From NCBI GenBank assembly GCA_051382335.1, contig JBBCAX010000349.1, positions 1-64,000 on the forward strand: a stretch of 64,000 bases of DNA, in the 5' to 3' direction. Positions within the stretch are counted from its first letter, which is position 1. Every line of letters begins with the position of its first letter. Under the pieces are notes generated by a model. The model did not search any database and had not been told where the DNA came from. It worked only from the letters and a program-made list of their open reading frames with translations. A program made the translations under genes and the position numbers. This stretch comes from Deltaproteobacteria bacterium TL4. GTDB lineage: Bacteria > SAR324 > NAC60-12. Positions 10,015 through 19,358 of the stretch are shown one piece after another.

Positions 10015-10782
10015 TCATTTATTTCGATCCCAGTCGCCAGGTTTCATGACTTGTCTGGAGGTATAGTCCATAACGGCGTCGACCTCCTCGTTCGTAAAGG
10101 CTTTAACCTGCGCCACCATATCCGGATTGGCGTTTCTTCGTTTACCGTCTCGAATCCAAAGGAATTGGCGAACCAAATATTTAAAATTTTGTCCCGCAAT
10201 CACAGGATAATAGTTTTTGAAGCTTCCCTGACCATGATCCCCATGACAACGCACACAGTTATCTTTGTAAAGTTTCTCCCCTTCCTTTAGTTTTTCACCG
10301 CTGCCCTTTATGTCACTTGACATCTTAAGTGTTTGGATATAAGCCGCTACATCCGCCAATGCCTGAGGGCCACTTTTAGGCTCATCAAACAAATCCTCGG
10401 TTGCTGTTCTAAGGGCTTCAACATTGGCAAAAGGGTACATGGTGGGATTATCCCTGTTTCCTGCACGAATGTCCGCAATTTGCTTGATGATGACGGTTGA
10501 CTGTTGTCCCGCAAGTTGGGGGAAGTTCCCGGCGGGGTCTCCATTGCCTTGAGGTTGATGACAGATTTCACAAACTTCCTGATAGATCACCTTCCCATCT
10601 TCAAGTTTTCCTTCCAAATGCAACGCTTCCACGGCTTCTTCCACATTCGTACCCCATTTTCCACCGAATTCACCGGTTGAGATTAGTTTCGTCGCATTCT
10701 GTGCTGAAACATTCATGGTCATTCCTGTGAGAAGTAGAAGCTTCAAACTTCCCTTGAGAATCCTCTCGATTATCTTTTTCAT
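10015..10782 (-). CDS. Diheme c4-like cytochrome c (NosC2-like)
   Basis: CEICH and CVRCH, with PQLAGQ/PVIAGQ repeats. Start chosen at MKKII, which has a GGAG RBS. Confidence 0.85.
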   Translation of the reverse strand: MKKIIERILKGSLKLLLLTGMTMNVSAQNATKLISTGEFGGKWGTNVEEAVEALHLEGKLEDGKVIYQEVCEICHQPQGNGDPAGNFPQLAGQQSTVIIKQIADIRAGNRDNPTMYPFANVEALRTATEDLFDEPKSGPQALADVAAYIQTLKMSSDIKGSGEKLKEGEKLYKDNCVRCHGDHGQGSFKNYYPVIAGQNFKYLVRQFLWIRDGKRRNANPDMVAQVKAFTNEEVDAVMDYTSRQVMKPGDWDRNK

Positions 10783-10854
10783 TGGTACTCCACATACTGA
10801 GTTGTTTAGGTTATTCATACAACAATACAATTTGTATCGTTTTTCCATTCTTGG

Positions 10855-11262
10855 TTACCTGACCTGAGAGAGGTACTTGGCAATCGCCTTTAAATCATCA
10901 TCAGTTGCCGAGTTATCAATCATCAGTTTGATGCCTAGCATGGCGCGGGTCATGCCGTTGGTTCGTCTGCTTTCAAAGATATCTTTCATTTGATTGTATA
11001 AATATATTTCCGATTGTCCCGCAAGTTTGGGATAAATCTCAAATCCTGGTAAAGGATCTCCTTCACGATATTTGTATGCTCCTGTGTTTTTATCAATTTG
11101 ATCGCGTTTCCTGACCATGCCTTTTCCTTCGGGACCATGACAAGCAATACAGGTGAGTTGTTGATAGAGTGTTTGGCCATCAGCGGTAAAAGCAGAGGGC
11201 GTGTATACAAAAAACGATAGAAACGTGGATAAGAATACGGTCAAAATTTTAGCTATTTTCAC
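10855..11262 (-). CDS. Monoheme cytochrome c (c553-like, NosC1-like)
   Basis: Signal peptide, CIACH and YPKLAGQ. GTG start with GAGG RBS. Confidence 0.85.
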   Translation of the reverse strand: MKIAKILTVFLSTFLSFFVYTPSAFTADGQTLYQQLTCIACHGPEGKGMVRKRDQIDKNTGAYKYREGDPLPGFEIYPKLAGQSEIYLYNQMKDIFESRRTNGMTRAMLGIKLMIDNSATDDDLKAIAKYLSQVR

Positions 11263-11279
11263 AAGACCTCTTAAGTATA

Positions 11280-11319
11280 AAAGTAAAAAGAACAAAGCAA
11301 CCCGAAGGTTGCTTTGTTC
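11280..11319 (-). terminator. Intrinsic terminator/attenuator after nosZ-orf176
   Basis: Minus strand GAACAAAGCAACC-TTCG-GGTTGCTTTGTTC (13-bp perfect stem, C-UUCG-G loop) followed by TTTTTACTTTT. Confidence 0.75.
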
Positions 11320-11325
11320 CCCAGA

Positions 11326-11856
11326 TTATTCGCCATCGACCATTTTTTTGGCAAAAATCCCGCGACTTGCGGTTTTTACCAAATATTGCCACGCCATTTC
11401 CTCATTGAGAAGCGCCTCCTGCCACTTTCCCTGCTTGGCCATTTCTTTAGCCACTTTACGAAGAGGATAGTGCTCTTTAAACTGCTCCACCGCATCGTAA
11501 AGTTGCATTGCCGCATTCACATGGAGAATTTTTTTAGACTTTAGATCTTTATTGAGTTCAGCATCACCCAATTCATCCAGTTCGTCAATGTCTCCCATTT
11601 GCTTTTGGATTCCCAAGGCGGAACCCACAGGATCTTTGGGATTACAGATTCCGGTTGAAGCCTCCACAATTTTGGGACAAACATAATTGATGACACCCGC
11701 AATCACGCCTATGGTTGCGTCATTTTCCGCGACTTTGCTTTCATATTTGGCTTTGTAGTCATCGTCTGCCGCTACAGTCAAACCTGCCGTACAAGCAAGG
11801 TATAAAAAAATGGAAACCCCCATTAGGGGCAGGCTCCTCACACTATTTAATTTCAT
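11326..11856 (-). CDS. Exported helical protein resembling the C-terminal extension of clade II NosZ
   Basis: AGGAG RBS, N-terminal signal peptide, and the segments YESKVAENDATIGVI and WQYLVKTASRGIFAK. The CDS is solid; the homology is recalled, not computed. Confidence 0.7.
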   Translation of the reverse strand: MKLNSVRSLPLMGVSIFLYLACTAGLTVAADDDYKAKYESKVAENDATIGVIAGVINYVCPKIVEASTGICNPKDPVGSALGIQKQMGDIDELDELGDAELNKDLKSKKILHVNAAMQLYDAVEQFKEHYPLRKVAKEMAKQGKWQEALLNEEMAWQYLVKTASRGIFAKKMVDGE

Positions 11857-11974
11857 GATTTCTCCTATAAATTAATGATCAAATCCATAGATTTTTTTAT
11901 TTTAAGATTCCGCAATCATTCGTACAGGCCAAGGGAAAAAAGACTTAGCTTGTACGAGATGTTGCAATAGAATT

Positions 11975-13954
11975 CTAGGGTTTAACTAAAAAGTATCCTG
12001 TCATTTCCAGATGAAGCGCAGAACAGAATTCAGTACAATAATAAGGGAATACGCCTTCTTGATCTGCCTTGAAATGGAACGTTGCCGTTTCACCAGGTTC
12101 GATAGACCCATGGATATTGTAGGTATCAATTGCAAAACCATGAACCTGATCTTGAGCTCTTTCCACGTTAGTAACGTGCCAAGTGATTTCATCTCCTTTT
12201 TTGACTTCAATGATTTCAGGGCTGAAGTGACTTCGAATAACGGTTGAATGAATAGTCACCTGATTTCCCTTTCGTTCAATCCGCTCTTTTCCTGCTTTTA
12301 CATAATGTTCAAACGCTTCTTTGTTATAGCGAATTACCGGATCAAGCTTATCCGCTTTAATCATCTGCGCGTAATGAGGTTCTCCTAAAGGCAGAGGCAT
12401 GTCATACAGCAGTTGCATGGGTCTTCCCGCAGTGATGTCGATCAATTGATGATTTTGAGGATGCAACGGGCCTACATTTTGAAAACGGTCAATGGCCAAT
12501 TTGTTTAAGGCAATCAGGTATTTTCCATCAGGATCAACCGTATCGCCTTCTGCCGCGACCAAGTGTCCAATGTTGTAGTTGATAGGCAGCTTGGAAAGAA
12601 CTTTTCCTTCAAGATAATTCCAACGGACGACCGCTGAATCTACATAAAGAGAAGTGTAGACCACGCCTTTTTCGGAATCATACTGAGTATGTAGTGGCCC
12701 TAAACCCAACTGAACCTGGGTATGAATGGTTTTTTGAAGGTCCAGAATAGGGATCCCGTAGGGATCCTTATCCGCAAAATCTTTATTGTCAATCAAGGCT
12801 TTGATTTTTGTGAAATCATAAACGGTGGCATGAGTATCCAGTTTTCCCGCGACAATAATGTACCGTCCGTCAGGGCTTACATCATTTCCATGAGGACTTT
12901 TAGGTTCAGGAACAAGGAACAAAGCATTGTTCGCAATCATATCTTCCAGGCGAATGATCGCGTGTCCATTCACTTTTTTGAAGGTTCCTGCTTTGAATAA
13001 TTTTTCCGCTGTTTTCCAATTCACAACGTGCATGTAGTCGGTATCCTTTGCGGACATCCCGGCTTCATTTGCCAAGCGGCTTTGAAGCCCGGTGTTTCCT
13101 TTCCCATAACCTCCAATGTATCGCTCACTGTTAATGGAGTTTGTGAAAGACCAGCCGTCACTGATGTTTTTTCCCGCGTCAGTAATGTCCTGCATGTAGG
13201 GAGGCATTTCAACGGTGAATGATTGCTCAGGAACAATTCGTCCTCGTTCATCCATTTTTTCCTTTCTACTGCCTTCAACTTTCACTTGCGTTCGGTCAAA
13301 TTTCCAGTAGGTAACTCCGCCCCGGAATTTGTTATTGAAATTTTCCTGCGTCAATTCAACATAACCCTTTTCAAAAGGAGTTGGATATTGAGCCGCTTCC
13401 AAAATATACTCGGTATTGGGAGTCACAACCGTACTACCATGTTCGGATTTAAAAACAGGGTTGACTACAATTTGCACAGTTTCAAAAGTTTTTAAATCAA
13501 TGACCGCAACGCGTGGATTCGCTTTATCATTAATAAACACCCAGCGTCCATCATAATCGCCTGCGGTTTCTGAAAGCGCAGGATGATGCGTATCTCCCCA
13601 GGTTATTTTTCTTCCATTGATCATCCCTTCTTCAAACCGCTTCATACTCTCTTCTTCACCATAACCATAGCCTTGCCAGGGTTCAGGGGTAAAAACAGCG
13701 ATGTATTTGATAATTCTCATTGAAGGGACTCCATAGACTATTACTTGCCCGGCTTGCCCTCCTGAGGAAAAAACAATATATTCATCTTTTTTTCCCGTAG
13801 GCGTATAAGTCTTTGCCGCAGCAAGTAAATCCTGTTCGGAAAGATTACGGTCTTTCATTACCTCCTGCAGTGTTTGCGAATATCCGGCTGTTGATATTAA
13901 CAGCAAGGAAATGAGGATTATGCCTCTCCATAGTTGTTGCTTCATCACTAACAT
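11975..13954 (-). CDS. nosZ: Clade II (Sec-dependent) nitrous-oxide reductase
   Basis: FSSGGQAG; CuZ His motifs WGDTHHP, SEHG, KSPHG, GPLH, IGH and EPH; CuA motifs VHGF and CTEFCSALHLEM; Sec-type signal with no twin-Arg. GGAGG RBS before 13954. Confidence 0.97.
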   Translation of the reverse strand: MLVMKQQLWRGIILISLLLISTAGYSQTLQEVMKDRNLSEQDLLAAAKTYTPTGKKDEYIVFSSGGQAGQVIVYGVPSMRIIKYIAVFTPEPWQGYGYGEEESMKRFEEGMINGRKITWGDTHHPALSETAGDYDGRWVFINDKANPRVAVIDLKTFETVQIVVNPVFKSEHGSTVVTPNTEYILEAAQYPTPFEKGYVELTQENFNNKFRGGVTYWKFDRTQVKVEGSRKEKMDERGRIVPEQSFTVEMPPYMQDITDAGKNISDGWSFTNSINSERYIGGYGKGNTGLQSRLANEAGMSAKDTDYMHVVNWKTAEKLFKAGTFKKVNGHAIIRLEDMIANNALFLVPEPKSPHGNDVSPDGRYIIVAGKLDTHATVYDFTKIKALIDNKDFADKDPYGIPILDLQKTIHTQVQLGLGPLHTQYDSEKGVVYTSLYVDSAVVRWNYLEGKVLSKLPINYNIGHLVAAEGDTVDPDGKYLIALNKLAIDRFQNVGPLHPQNHQLIDITAGRPMQLLYDMPLPLGEPHYAQMIKADKLDPVIRYNKEAFEHYVKAGKERIERKGNQVTIHSTVIRSHFSPEIIEVKKGDEITWHVTNVERAQDQVHGFAIDTYNIHGSIEPGETATFHFKADQEGVFPYYCTEFCSALHLEMTGYFLVKP

Positions 13955-14318
13955 TCCACCTCCAATAATTTGGTTAAATTTAGAATAAAAATACTGGATA
14001 CGGGGTAATCGCTTTTTTTTGAAATGCGACCAAGTAGGGGAGCTTGGGATAAGCAAGTGCACCACATAGAAAAACATTAACCCGTGTTTATTTACTCGGC
14101 GCTGACTATTTCATGGGAGCACGATCTTTCGCTGTCATGAAAAATCAAAACTGAGTCTTTGAAATTTAGAAGACATCCTCCAAATATTCAAAGTCGAGTC
14201 ATTCCTAAATACAACGATTAAGAATGAGTGTCAATAGAATACCAAAATGTACTATTTTTAAAAGTACGAAAATGACTTATCCCGTTTTGGGGGCATCGTC
14301 TTCTTTCATTTTGTGAAA

Positions 14319-15044
14319 TTAATTTGGGGAAACCCTGACCGCCAGTCTGGAAACGTAGTCCATTACGGAAGAGATATCGTAAGGATTAAAGCTTTGTATC
14401 TGAAGGACCATTTCCTTATTCGCGTTTCTTCTTTTGCCTTCTTGAATCCAATGAAATTGTCGCACGAGGTAGTAATAGTTTTGCCCTGCAATTAAGGGAT
14501 AATATTTGTCAGGCTTTCCGAGCCCGTCGACACCATGACATTCCAGGCAATGTTTTTTATAAAGTTCTTCTCCATGTTCTAAATCGGTTCCCGGCCCTTT
14601 GGTTGTTTCCGCAAACATAGGGATAGACTCCACATAAGCCGCGACATTGGCAAGAGACTGATTGTTTTGCGCTTGATCAAAATGATCCAGAGTCAATAGT
14701 TCCTCTTTCGAATAAGGATACATCGTGGGATTATCACGGTTGCCTGCCCTGATATCCGCAATTTGTTTAATGAGGACACTGGCATGTTGTCCCGCAATTT
14801 GTGGAAAAGTTCCAGAGGGGTCGCCATGGGCACGAGTCTGATGGCAATTCTGACAGAGTTCCTCATAAATTTCCTGACCTCTTCCAACATCGCCTTTTAG
14901 AGTTAATGCCTTTTCTATTTCCTCTTTATTATTCTGCAACGGCCTTTCAGCGGGAGTAGTGGCGGGAGAGGTTGTACACGCAACCAGCGCTACTAAAAAA
15001 GTAATCAAGATCATTGCTTTGCCAATCATTTTCAACTTCAACAT
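14319..15044 (-). CDS. Diheme c4-like cytochrome c, probable lipoprotein; paralog of 10015..10782
   Basis: Lipobox LVAC, CQNCH and CLECH. Shares IKQIADIRAGNRDNPTMYP and GKRRNAN with the downstream paralog. Confidence 0.88.
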   Translation of the reverse strand: MLKLKMIGKAMILITFLVALVACTTSPATTPAERPLQNNKEEIEKALTLKGDVGRGQEIYEELCQNCHQTRAHGDPSGTFPQIAGQHASVLIKQIADIRAGNRDNPTMYPYSKEELLTLDHFDQAQNNQSLANVAAYVESIPMFAETTKGPGTDLEHGEELYKKHCLECHGVDGLGKPDKYYPLIAGQNYYYLVRQFHWIQEGKRRNANKEMVLQIQSFNPYDISSVMDYVSRLAVRVSPN

Positions 15045-15088
15045 ATTGCTCCTACTGAATAATTCATTTGACGGATGACTACATCCAT

Positions 15089-15598
15089 TTATTGCTCACG
15101 ATATAAGGCATGGCAGCCTCGACACCCTTTGTCGTCCACTATTCTTATTTGCTCATCAATTGCGTTGAGATCTCCCGTTTTTGCCAATTTCACAAGCTTA
15201 CGGGTTTCTTGTTTCAAGACTTCCGCTTGTGCGATAAATTCTGCAACGAGAGCTCCCTCCTGATTCCAAATTTTAGCGCTGGTCCGGTCTTGCGCATCAA
15301 GGCTGCCTTTGGGAAACAAAGACAGAATTTCCTCGGCCATCTGATTTAGTATTTCCGCATGGGTAATCAGATGTTCGTTCATTCCAAGCTCACGTTTGAC
15401 TAACATCCTGATGGCTAGAAAATGAATGCCTTTAGCTTCCATGAAAAGCTTTCGGTATTGACCCAAGTGTCTGGCCTGAGCTTCCCCGTAAGCATAGACA
15501 GGAGTTACCCTCGTAAAAAGTGTTGCTGTAATTCCCAAAACAACAATGAATTGACGAGAGAAAATAAAATTCATTAATGAAAAAAAAACGTACCGCAT
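15089..15598 (-). CDS. Class II cytochrome c (cytochrome c'/c556 four-helix bundle)
   Basis: Signal peptide, LFPKGS, IW motif and C-terminal CRGCH. Confidence 0.85.
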   Translation of the reverse strand: MRYVFFSLMNFIFSRQFIVVLGITATLFTRVTPVYAYGEAQARHLGQYRKLFMEAKGIHFLAIRMLVKRELGMNEHLITHAEILNQMAEEILSLFPKGSLDAQDRTSAKIWNQEGALVAEFIAQAEVLKQETRKLVKLAKTGDLNAIDEQIRIVDDKGCRGCHALYREQ

Positions 15599-15661
15599 GT
15601 TCTTATTCGCCCCAAAAGGTCATCTATTTAAAAAAAACCCAACCCAAAACCGAGAAAGGCG

Positions 15662-15690
15662 AGTATAATCAGAGAAATTTTGAATGTCAA
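15662..15690 (-). promoter_or_regulatory. Sigma70-type promoter for the cytochrome genes upstream of nosZ
   Basis: Minus strand TTGACA-17 nt-TATACT. Confidence 0.65.
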
Positions 15691-15731
15691 GTAAGTGTTT
15701 TGTTTTTATAATAAAGCCTTGATGTTGGGGC

Positions 15732-16463
15732 TTAAATCAACAAACGTCCGCCATCAACTGGTAAAATCACTCCTGTTACAAAATCTGCTTTTAATAAATA
15801 AGCTACCGCCTGAACGATATCCTGATCGGATCCCATGCGCTTCAGTAAGCTTTGTTCAATAGAGAGACTTTGATCAATTTCTGAGCCACTGGGAGGTGGT
15901 AATACGGTTCCAGGAGCAATGCCATTGACTTGAATATCGGGAGCTAAAGCTTTGGCAAGTCCTTCGGTTAAAGAGTGTAAGCCTGCTTTGGTGGTACAAT
16001 AAGGTAGAAATTTGGGCCAGGGACGTTTGGCAGAAACATCGACGATATTTAGAATTTTGCCTTCTTTCTGTTTTTGCATCGTTTGGGCAACCCGTTGGCA
16101 AAGGAAAAAAGGCGCTTTCAGATTCAGCATAAACAAATGATCCCATTGTTCTTCGGTAACAGTCCCGAGTGGTGTGACAAAGAAATCCGCGGCATTATTA
16201 ACGAGGACAGAAATCGGCCCCAGAGAGTCCTCAACGTTTTGAACCAGTTGGTACAATTCGGCTAGTTGACACAGGTCTGCCTGGAAAAGTTGATGTTGTT
16301 CTGAAGAACCCTTCATTTGTGATAAAGTTTGTCGTGCACCTTCTGCGGAACGATGATAATGTACCGCGACTCGCAGACCTTGGGAGGCTAAATAAACGGC
16401 AATGCTTTGTCCTAAGCGGACCCCTGCACCTGTAACCAGTGCGATTTTACCATGTAATTCCAT
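15732..16463 (-). CDS. Short-chain dehydrogenase, pteridine reductase/FolM-like
   Basis: TGAGVRLG, VHYHRS, NNA, YCTTK and VDGG. Likely start at MELHGK (16463). Confidence 0.85.
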   Translation of the reverse strand: MELHGKIALVTGAGVRLGQSIAVYLASQGLRVAVHYHRSAEGARQTLSQMKGSSEQHQLFQADLCQLAELYQLVQNVEDSLGPISVLVNNAADFFVTPLGTVTEEQWDHLFMLNLKAPFFLCQRVAQTMQKQKEGKILNIVDVSAKRPWPKFLPYCTTKAGLHSLTEGLAKALAPDIQVNGIAPGTVLPPPSGSEIDQSLSIEQSLLKRMGSDQDIVQAVAYLLKADFVTGVILPVDGGRLLI

Positions 16464-16588
16464 AATAATTCCTGACGAGTTAAAGATGAACTGGTTGAAC
16501 TTTATCGTATAGGAGACTTGTTTTATTTTAAGCAAATAAAAACAAGTTGGAAATGAAAATTTTATTGCAGTAAAATTAAGGAGATAAC

Positions 16589-17602
16589 ATGACTGATATT
16601 CCCTCACCCAAAGAGCGTGTTTGTTTGGGATTAACCATGGGAGACCCCAATGGAATTGGACCTGAAATTATTGTTAAGGCCTTGACTCAAATGATTCCAT
16701 TTCAAGGATGGGTGCCTTTGGTTTTTGGCGATTTGAAAGTGCTTAATGCCGTTAGAGAGCAACTTAAAAGCCCTTTGACTTTCAGCACCTATGACCGCCG
16801 TAAGCTTTCAAAAGATTCGGTTCCCGTGTTGGACCTTGCTGTTCAGGAAGGCTGGAATTGGCAATTAGGGCAATGTAGTGCCTGGGGAGGAGAATCGGCC
16901 TTCCAGTGTTTGAGAACCGCCATTACCTGGACGTTGGAAGGTAAAATTGAAGCTATTGTGACGGCGCCTTTATGTAAAGAGGCCTTGCATGCGGCAGGAC
17001 ATCATTTTCCAGGTCATACGGAAATGCTTTCTCATTTTACCAATCAGGCGCCTCCGATCATGATGTTGACGGTGGATCAATTTCGTGCGATTCATGTCAC
17101 AACGCACATGGCGCTTCGAGAAGCCATTGATTCACTTTCAATTCAACGCATTCTCTATGTCATTTCAATTGCGGATCAAGCTTTGAAACGACTGGGGATT
17201 GAACATCCCAGGCTTGGAGTGCCAGGGCTAAATCCGCATTCCAGTGAAAATGGAATGTTTGGCTCTGAAGAGCGGGAAATCATTATTCCCGCGATTGAAG
17301 CAGCTCGCAGCAAGGGCATTCTGTGCGAAGGTCCGGTTCCTCCAGATACCATTTTTCTGCGCCATCGCGATGGTCATTTTGACGCGGTCATTGCTTTATA
17401 CCACGACCAAGCCCATATTCCGTTGAAACTGTGGGGGATTGAAAGAGGGGTCAACGTAACGTTAGGATTACCGATCATTCGAACTTCTGTGGATCATGGG
17501 ACCGCCTTTGACAGAGCGGTACAGTTTAACGCGAATCCTGGCTCCCTGATTGAGGCGATCCATTTGGCAAACCGGTTTGTGAAGAACTCAATGCAGTTTT
17601 AA
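16589..17602 (+). CDS. pdxA: 4-hydroxythreonine-4-phosphate dehydrogenase
   Basis: TMGDPNGIGPE, FPGHTE, GLNPH, YHDQ and IRTSVDHGTAFD. Confidence 0.95.
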   Translation: MTDIPSPKERVCLGLTMGDPNGIGPEIIVKALTQMIPFQGWVPLVFGDLKVLNAVREQLKSPLTFSTYDRRKLSKDSVPVLDLAVQEGWNWQLGQCSAWGGESAFQCLRTAITWTLEGKIEAIVTAPLCKEALHAAGHHFPGHTEMLSHFTNQAPPIMMLTVDQFRAIHVTTHMALREAIDSLSIQRILYVISIADQALKRLGIEHPRLGVPGLNPHSSENGMFGSEEREIIIPAIEAARSKGILCEGPVPPDTIFLRHRDGHFDAVIALYHDQAHIPLKLWGIERGVNVTLGLPIIRTSVDHGTAFDRAVQFNANPGSLIEAIHLANRFVKNSMQF

Positions 17603-19358
17603 CGGACTCCGGAAAGACTTCACGTAACAGCAAGGCTCGTTTGGCGATTTTTCGAAAGACAGGAGCCGCCACCACGCCTCCATAGGAGGAAGTACGAGGG
17701 TGTTCCAAGAGCACTAAAATTGTGAGTTCGGGCTCGGACGCCGGCACGAATCCAGCGAATATGGCAATATGTTTATTGCGGGAATACTTACCCGTTTTGG
17801 CATCATACACCTGACTTGTGCCCGTTTTTCCAGCTACCTGATATCCTGACAACGCCGCTTTTTCTGCGGTCCCTCCTGATTGAGTAACGGTTTTCATGTA
17901 CTGTGTGATCGTTTCCGCCGTCTTTGCTTGAATGACTCGGTGTTGTGCTTGTGGACCAAATTTAAACACAATTTGATCATTCATGTAGCGAACCTCGTTA
18001 AACGATTCCCCTTTTTCATTGTTGACATGACTGACAACGTAAGGAGGAACCCAAATACCTCCATTCGCAAAGATGTTAATGGCACTGATGATTTGTATGG
18101 GAGACGCCAGCAGGCCGTGTCCATAGGAAATGGTTGCTTGATCCACTTCTGTCCATTTTTCCGGAGACAACACTCTTCCTGTCGCTTCTGCGGAAAGACC
18201 TACCCCCGTCTTGCTCCCAAAGCCGAATCTCAAAATACCTTGATAAAAGCGTTTTGGCGGAAGCTTCAAGCCTATTTTTGCCGCGCAAATATTGGATGAT
18301 TTTTGAATTATTTCCTCCAGTGTGAGTATTTTATGCGCTGAGGTATCATGAATGATCCTATCTCCAATTCGAAATTCCCCGTTCTCACAATCAAAAGTCT
18401 GATCGGTTTGAATCACATGATTTTCCAAAGCAATAGCCAGCGTGATGGGTTTGAAGCTGGAACCAGGTTCGTAGCCAAAAGTCACGGCACCATTCAACCA
18501 GGAAGAACTGTCATATCGACCAAAATGATTTGGATTAAAGGAGGGGGAGCTTGCCATCGCTAATATCTGCCCTGACTTTGAATGTATGACAATAGCGATT
18601 CCCCGCTGAGCTTTGGCTTTCTTAACACCCTGGGCCAAATATTTTTCCGTGTAATATTGAATGGCCGTGTCGATGGTTAAATGGAGAGCATAACTGTGCG
18701 GATTTTTTAATTCTCGTGTATCCGAGTTGGGAATAATACGATGTGTTCCATCTTTCTCAACGATGTAAATCAGTTTTCGACCATAAAGGAGATCCTGATA
18801 TTCATACTCTAAACCTTCCAAACCTTTGGTGTCCTTATTGCCATCCGCATTCATCCCTGTAAACCCTAAGAGGGGTCCAGCAAGGTAACTGTTAGGGTAA
18901 AAGCGTTTATATTCTCGGAGAAACCCAAGGCCATTAATTTTCAAGGCCTTAATTTGACGGACAACTTCTGGTTTGAGTAAGCGCTTGAGCCAAATGAAGG
19001 CCCGTTTGGAAGACAGTTTGGCTATTAATCCCTGCCGCTTCATGGAGAGCAGGGGGGCCAGCTGATTGGCAACGGCTCTTGCGTTACTGATTTGACGCGC
19101 ATTCGCGTAAAGAGAATCGACAGGTACCGAAACCGCGAGCATCCGTCCTTTTCGATCGTAAATGGTCCCTCTTTGCGCCTCCAAGGTCACTGTAGATTCA
19201 TGCTGGGAGCGTGCTATTTCTGTGATCTCTTTGGAATTGAAGATCTGTAAATAATAAACACGTCCGAGAATGATGACAAAACAGAGACCCATGACACAGA
19301 CAACAGAAAGCAAACGGAATTTAAAATCAGGAATAGCTTCGTTTTTTGTTTTAGTCAT
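17526..19358 (-). CDS. ftsI: Class B penicillin-binding protein, FtsI/PBP3
   Basis: N-terminal TM, RGTIYDR, GLE, EPGSSFK (SxxK), SSN and KTGT; directly follows ftsL. Confidence 0.88.
   Translation of the reverse strand: MTKTKNEAIPDFKFRLLSVVCVMGLCFVIILGRVYYLQIFNSKEITEIARSQHESTVTLEAQRGTIYDRKGRMLAVSVPVDSLYANARQISNARAVANQLAPLLSMKRQGLIAKLSSKRAFIWLKRLLKPEVVRQIKALKINGLGFLREYKRFYPNSYLAGPLLGFTGMNADGNKDTKGLEGLEYEYQDLLYGRKLIYIVEKDGTHRIIPNSDTRELKNPHSYALHLTIDTAIQYYTEKYLAQGVKKAKAQRGIAIVIHSKSGQILAMASSPSFNPNHFGRYDSSSWLNGAVTFGYEPGSSFKPITLAIALENHVIQTDQTFDCENGEFRIGDRIIHDTSAHKILTLEEIIQKSSNICAAKIGLKLPPKRFYQGILRFGFGSKTGVGLSAEATGRVLSPEKWTEVDQATISYGHGLLASPIQIISAINIFANGGIWVPPYVVSHVNNEKGESFNEVRYMNDQIVFKFGPQAQHRVIQAKTAETITQYMKTVTQSGGTAEKAALSGYQVAGKTGTSQVYDAKTGKYSRNKHIAIFAGFVPASEPELTILVLLEHPRTSSYGGVVAAPVFRKIAKRALLLREVFPESVKTALSSSQTGLPNGSPQSGSQDSR

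Noticed and set aside
10855..11262. Split-off heme domain of Wolinella-type cNosZ
   Set aside because: Its YPKLAGQ c553/c4-type signature fits stand-alone nos cytochromes better than the fused cNosZ domain as I recall it.
13955..14318. FNR/DNR box or strong promoter before nosZ
   Set aside because: No TTGAT-N4-ATCAA was seen. A TTGACA (14229-14234, minus strand) has only a weak -10 partner.
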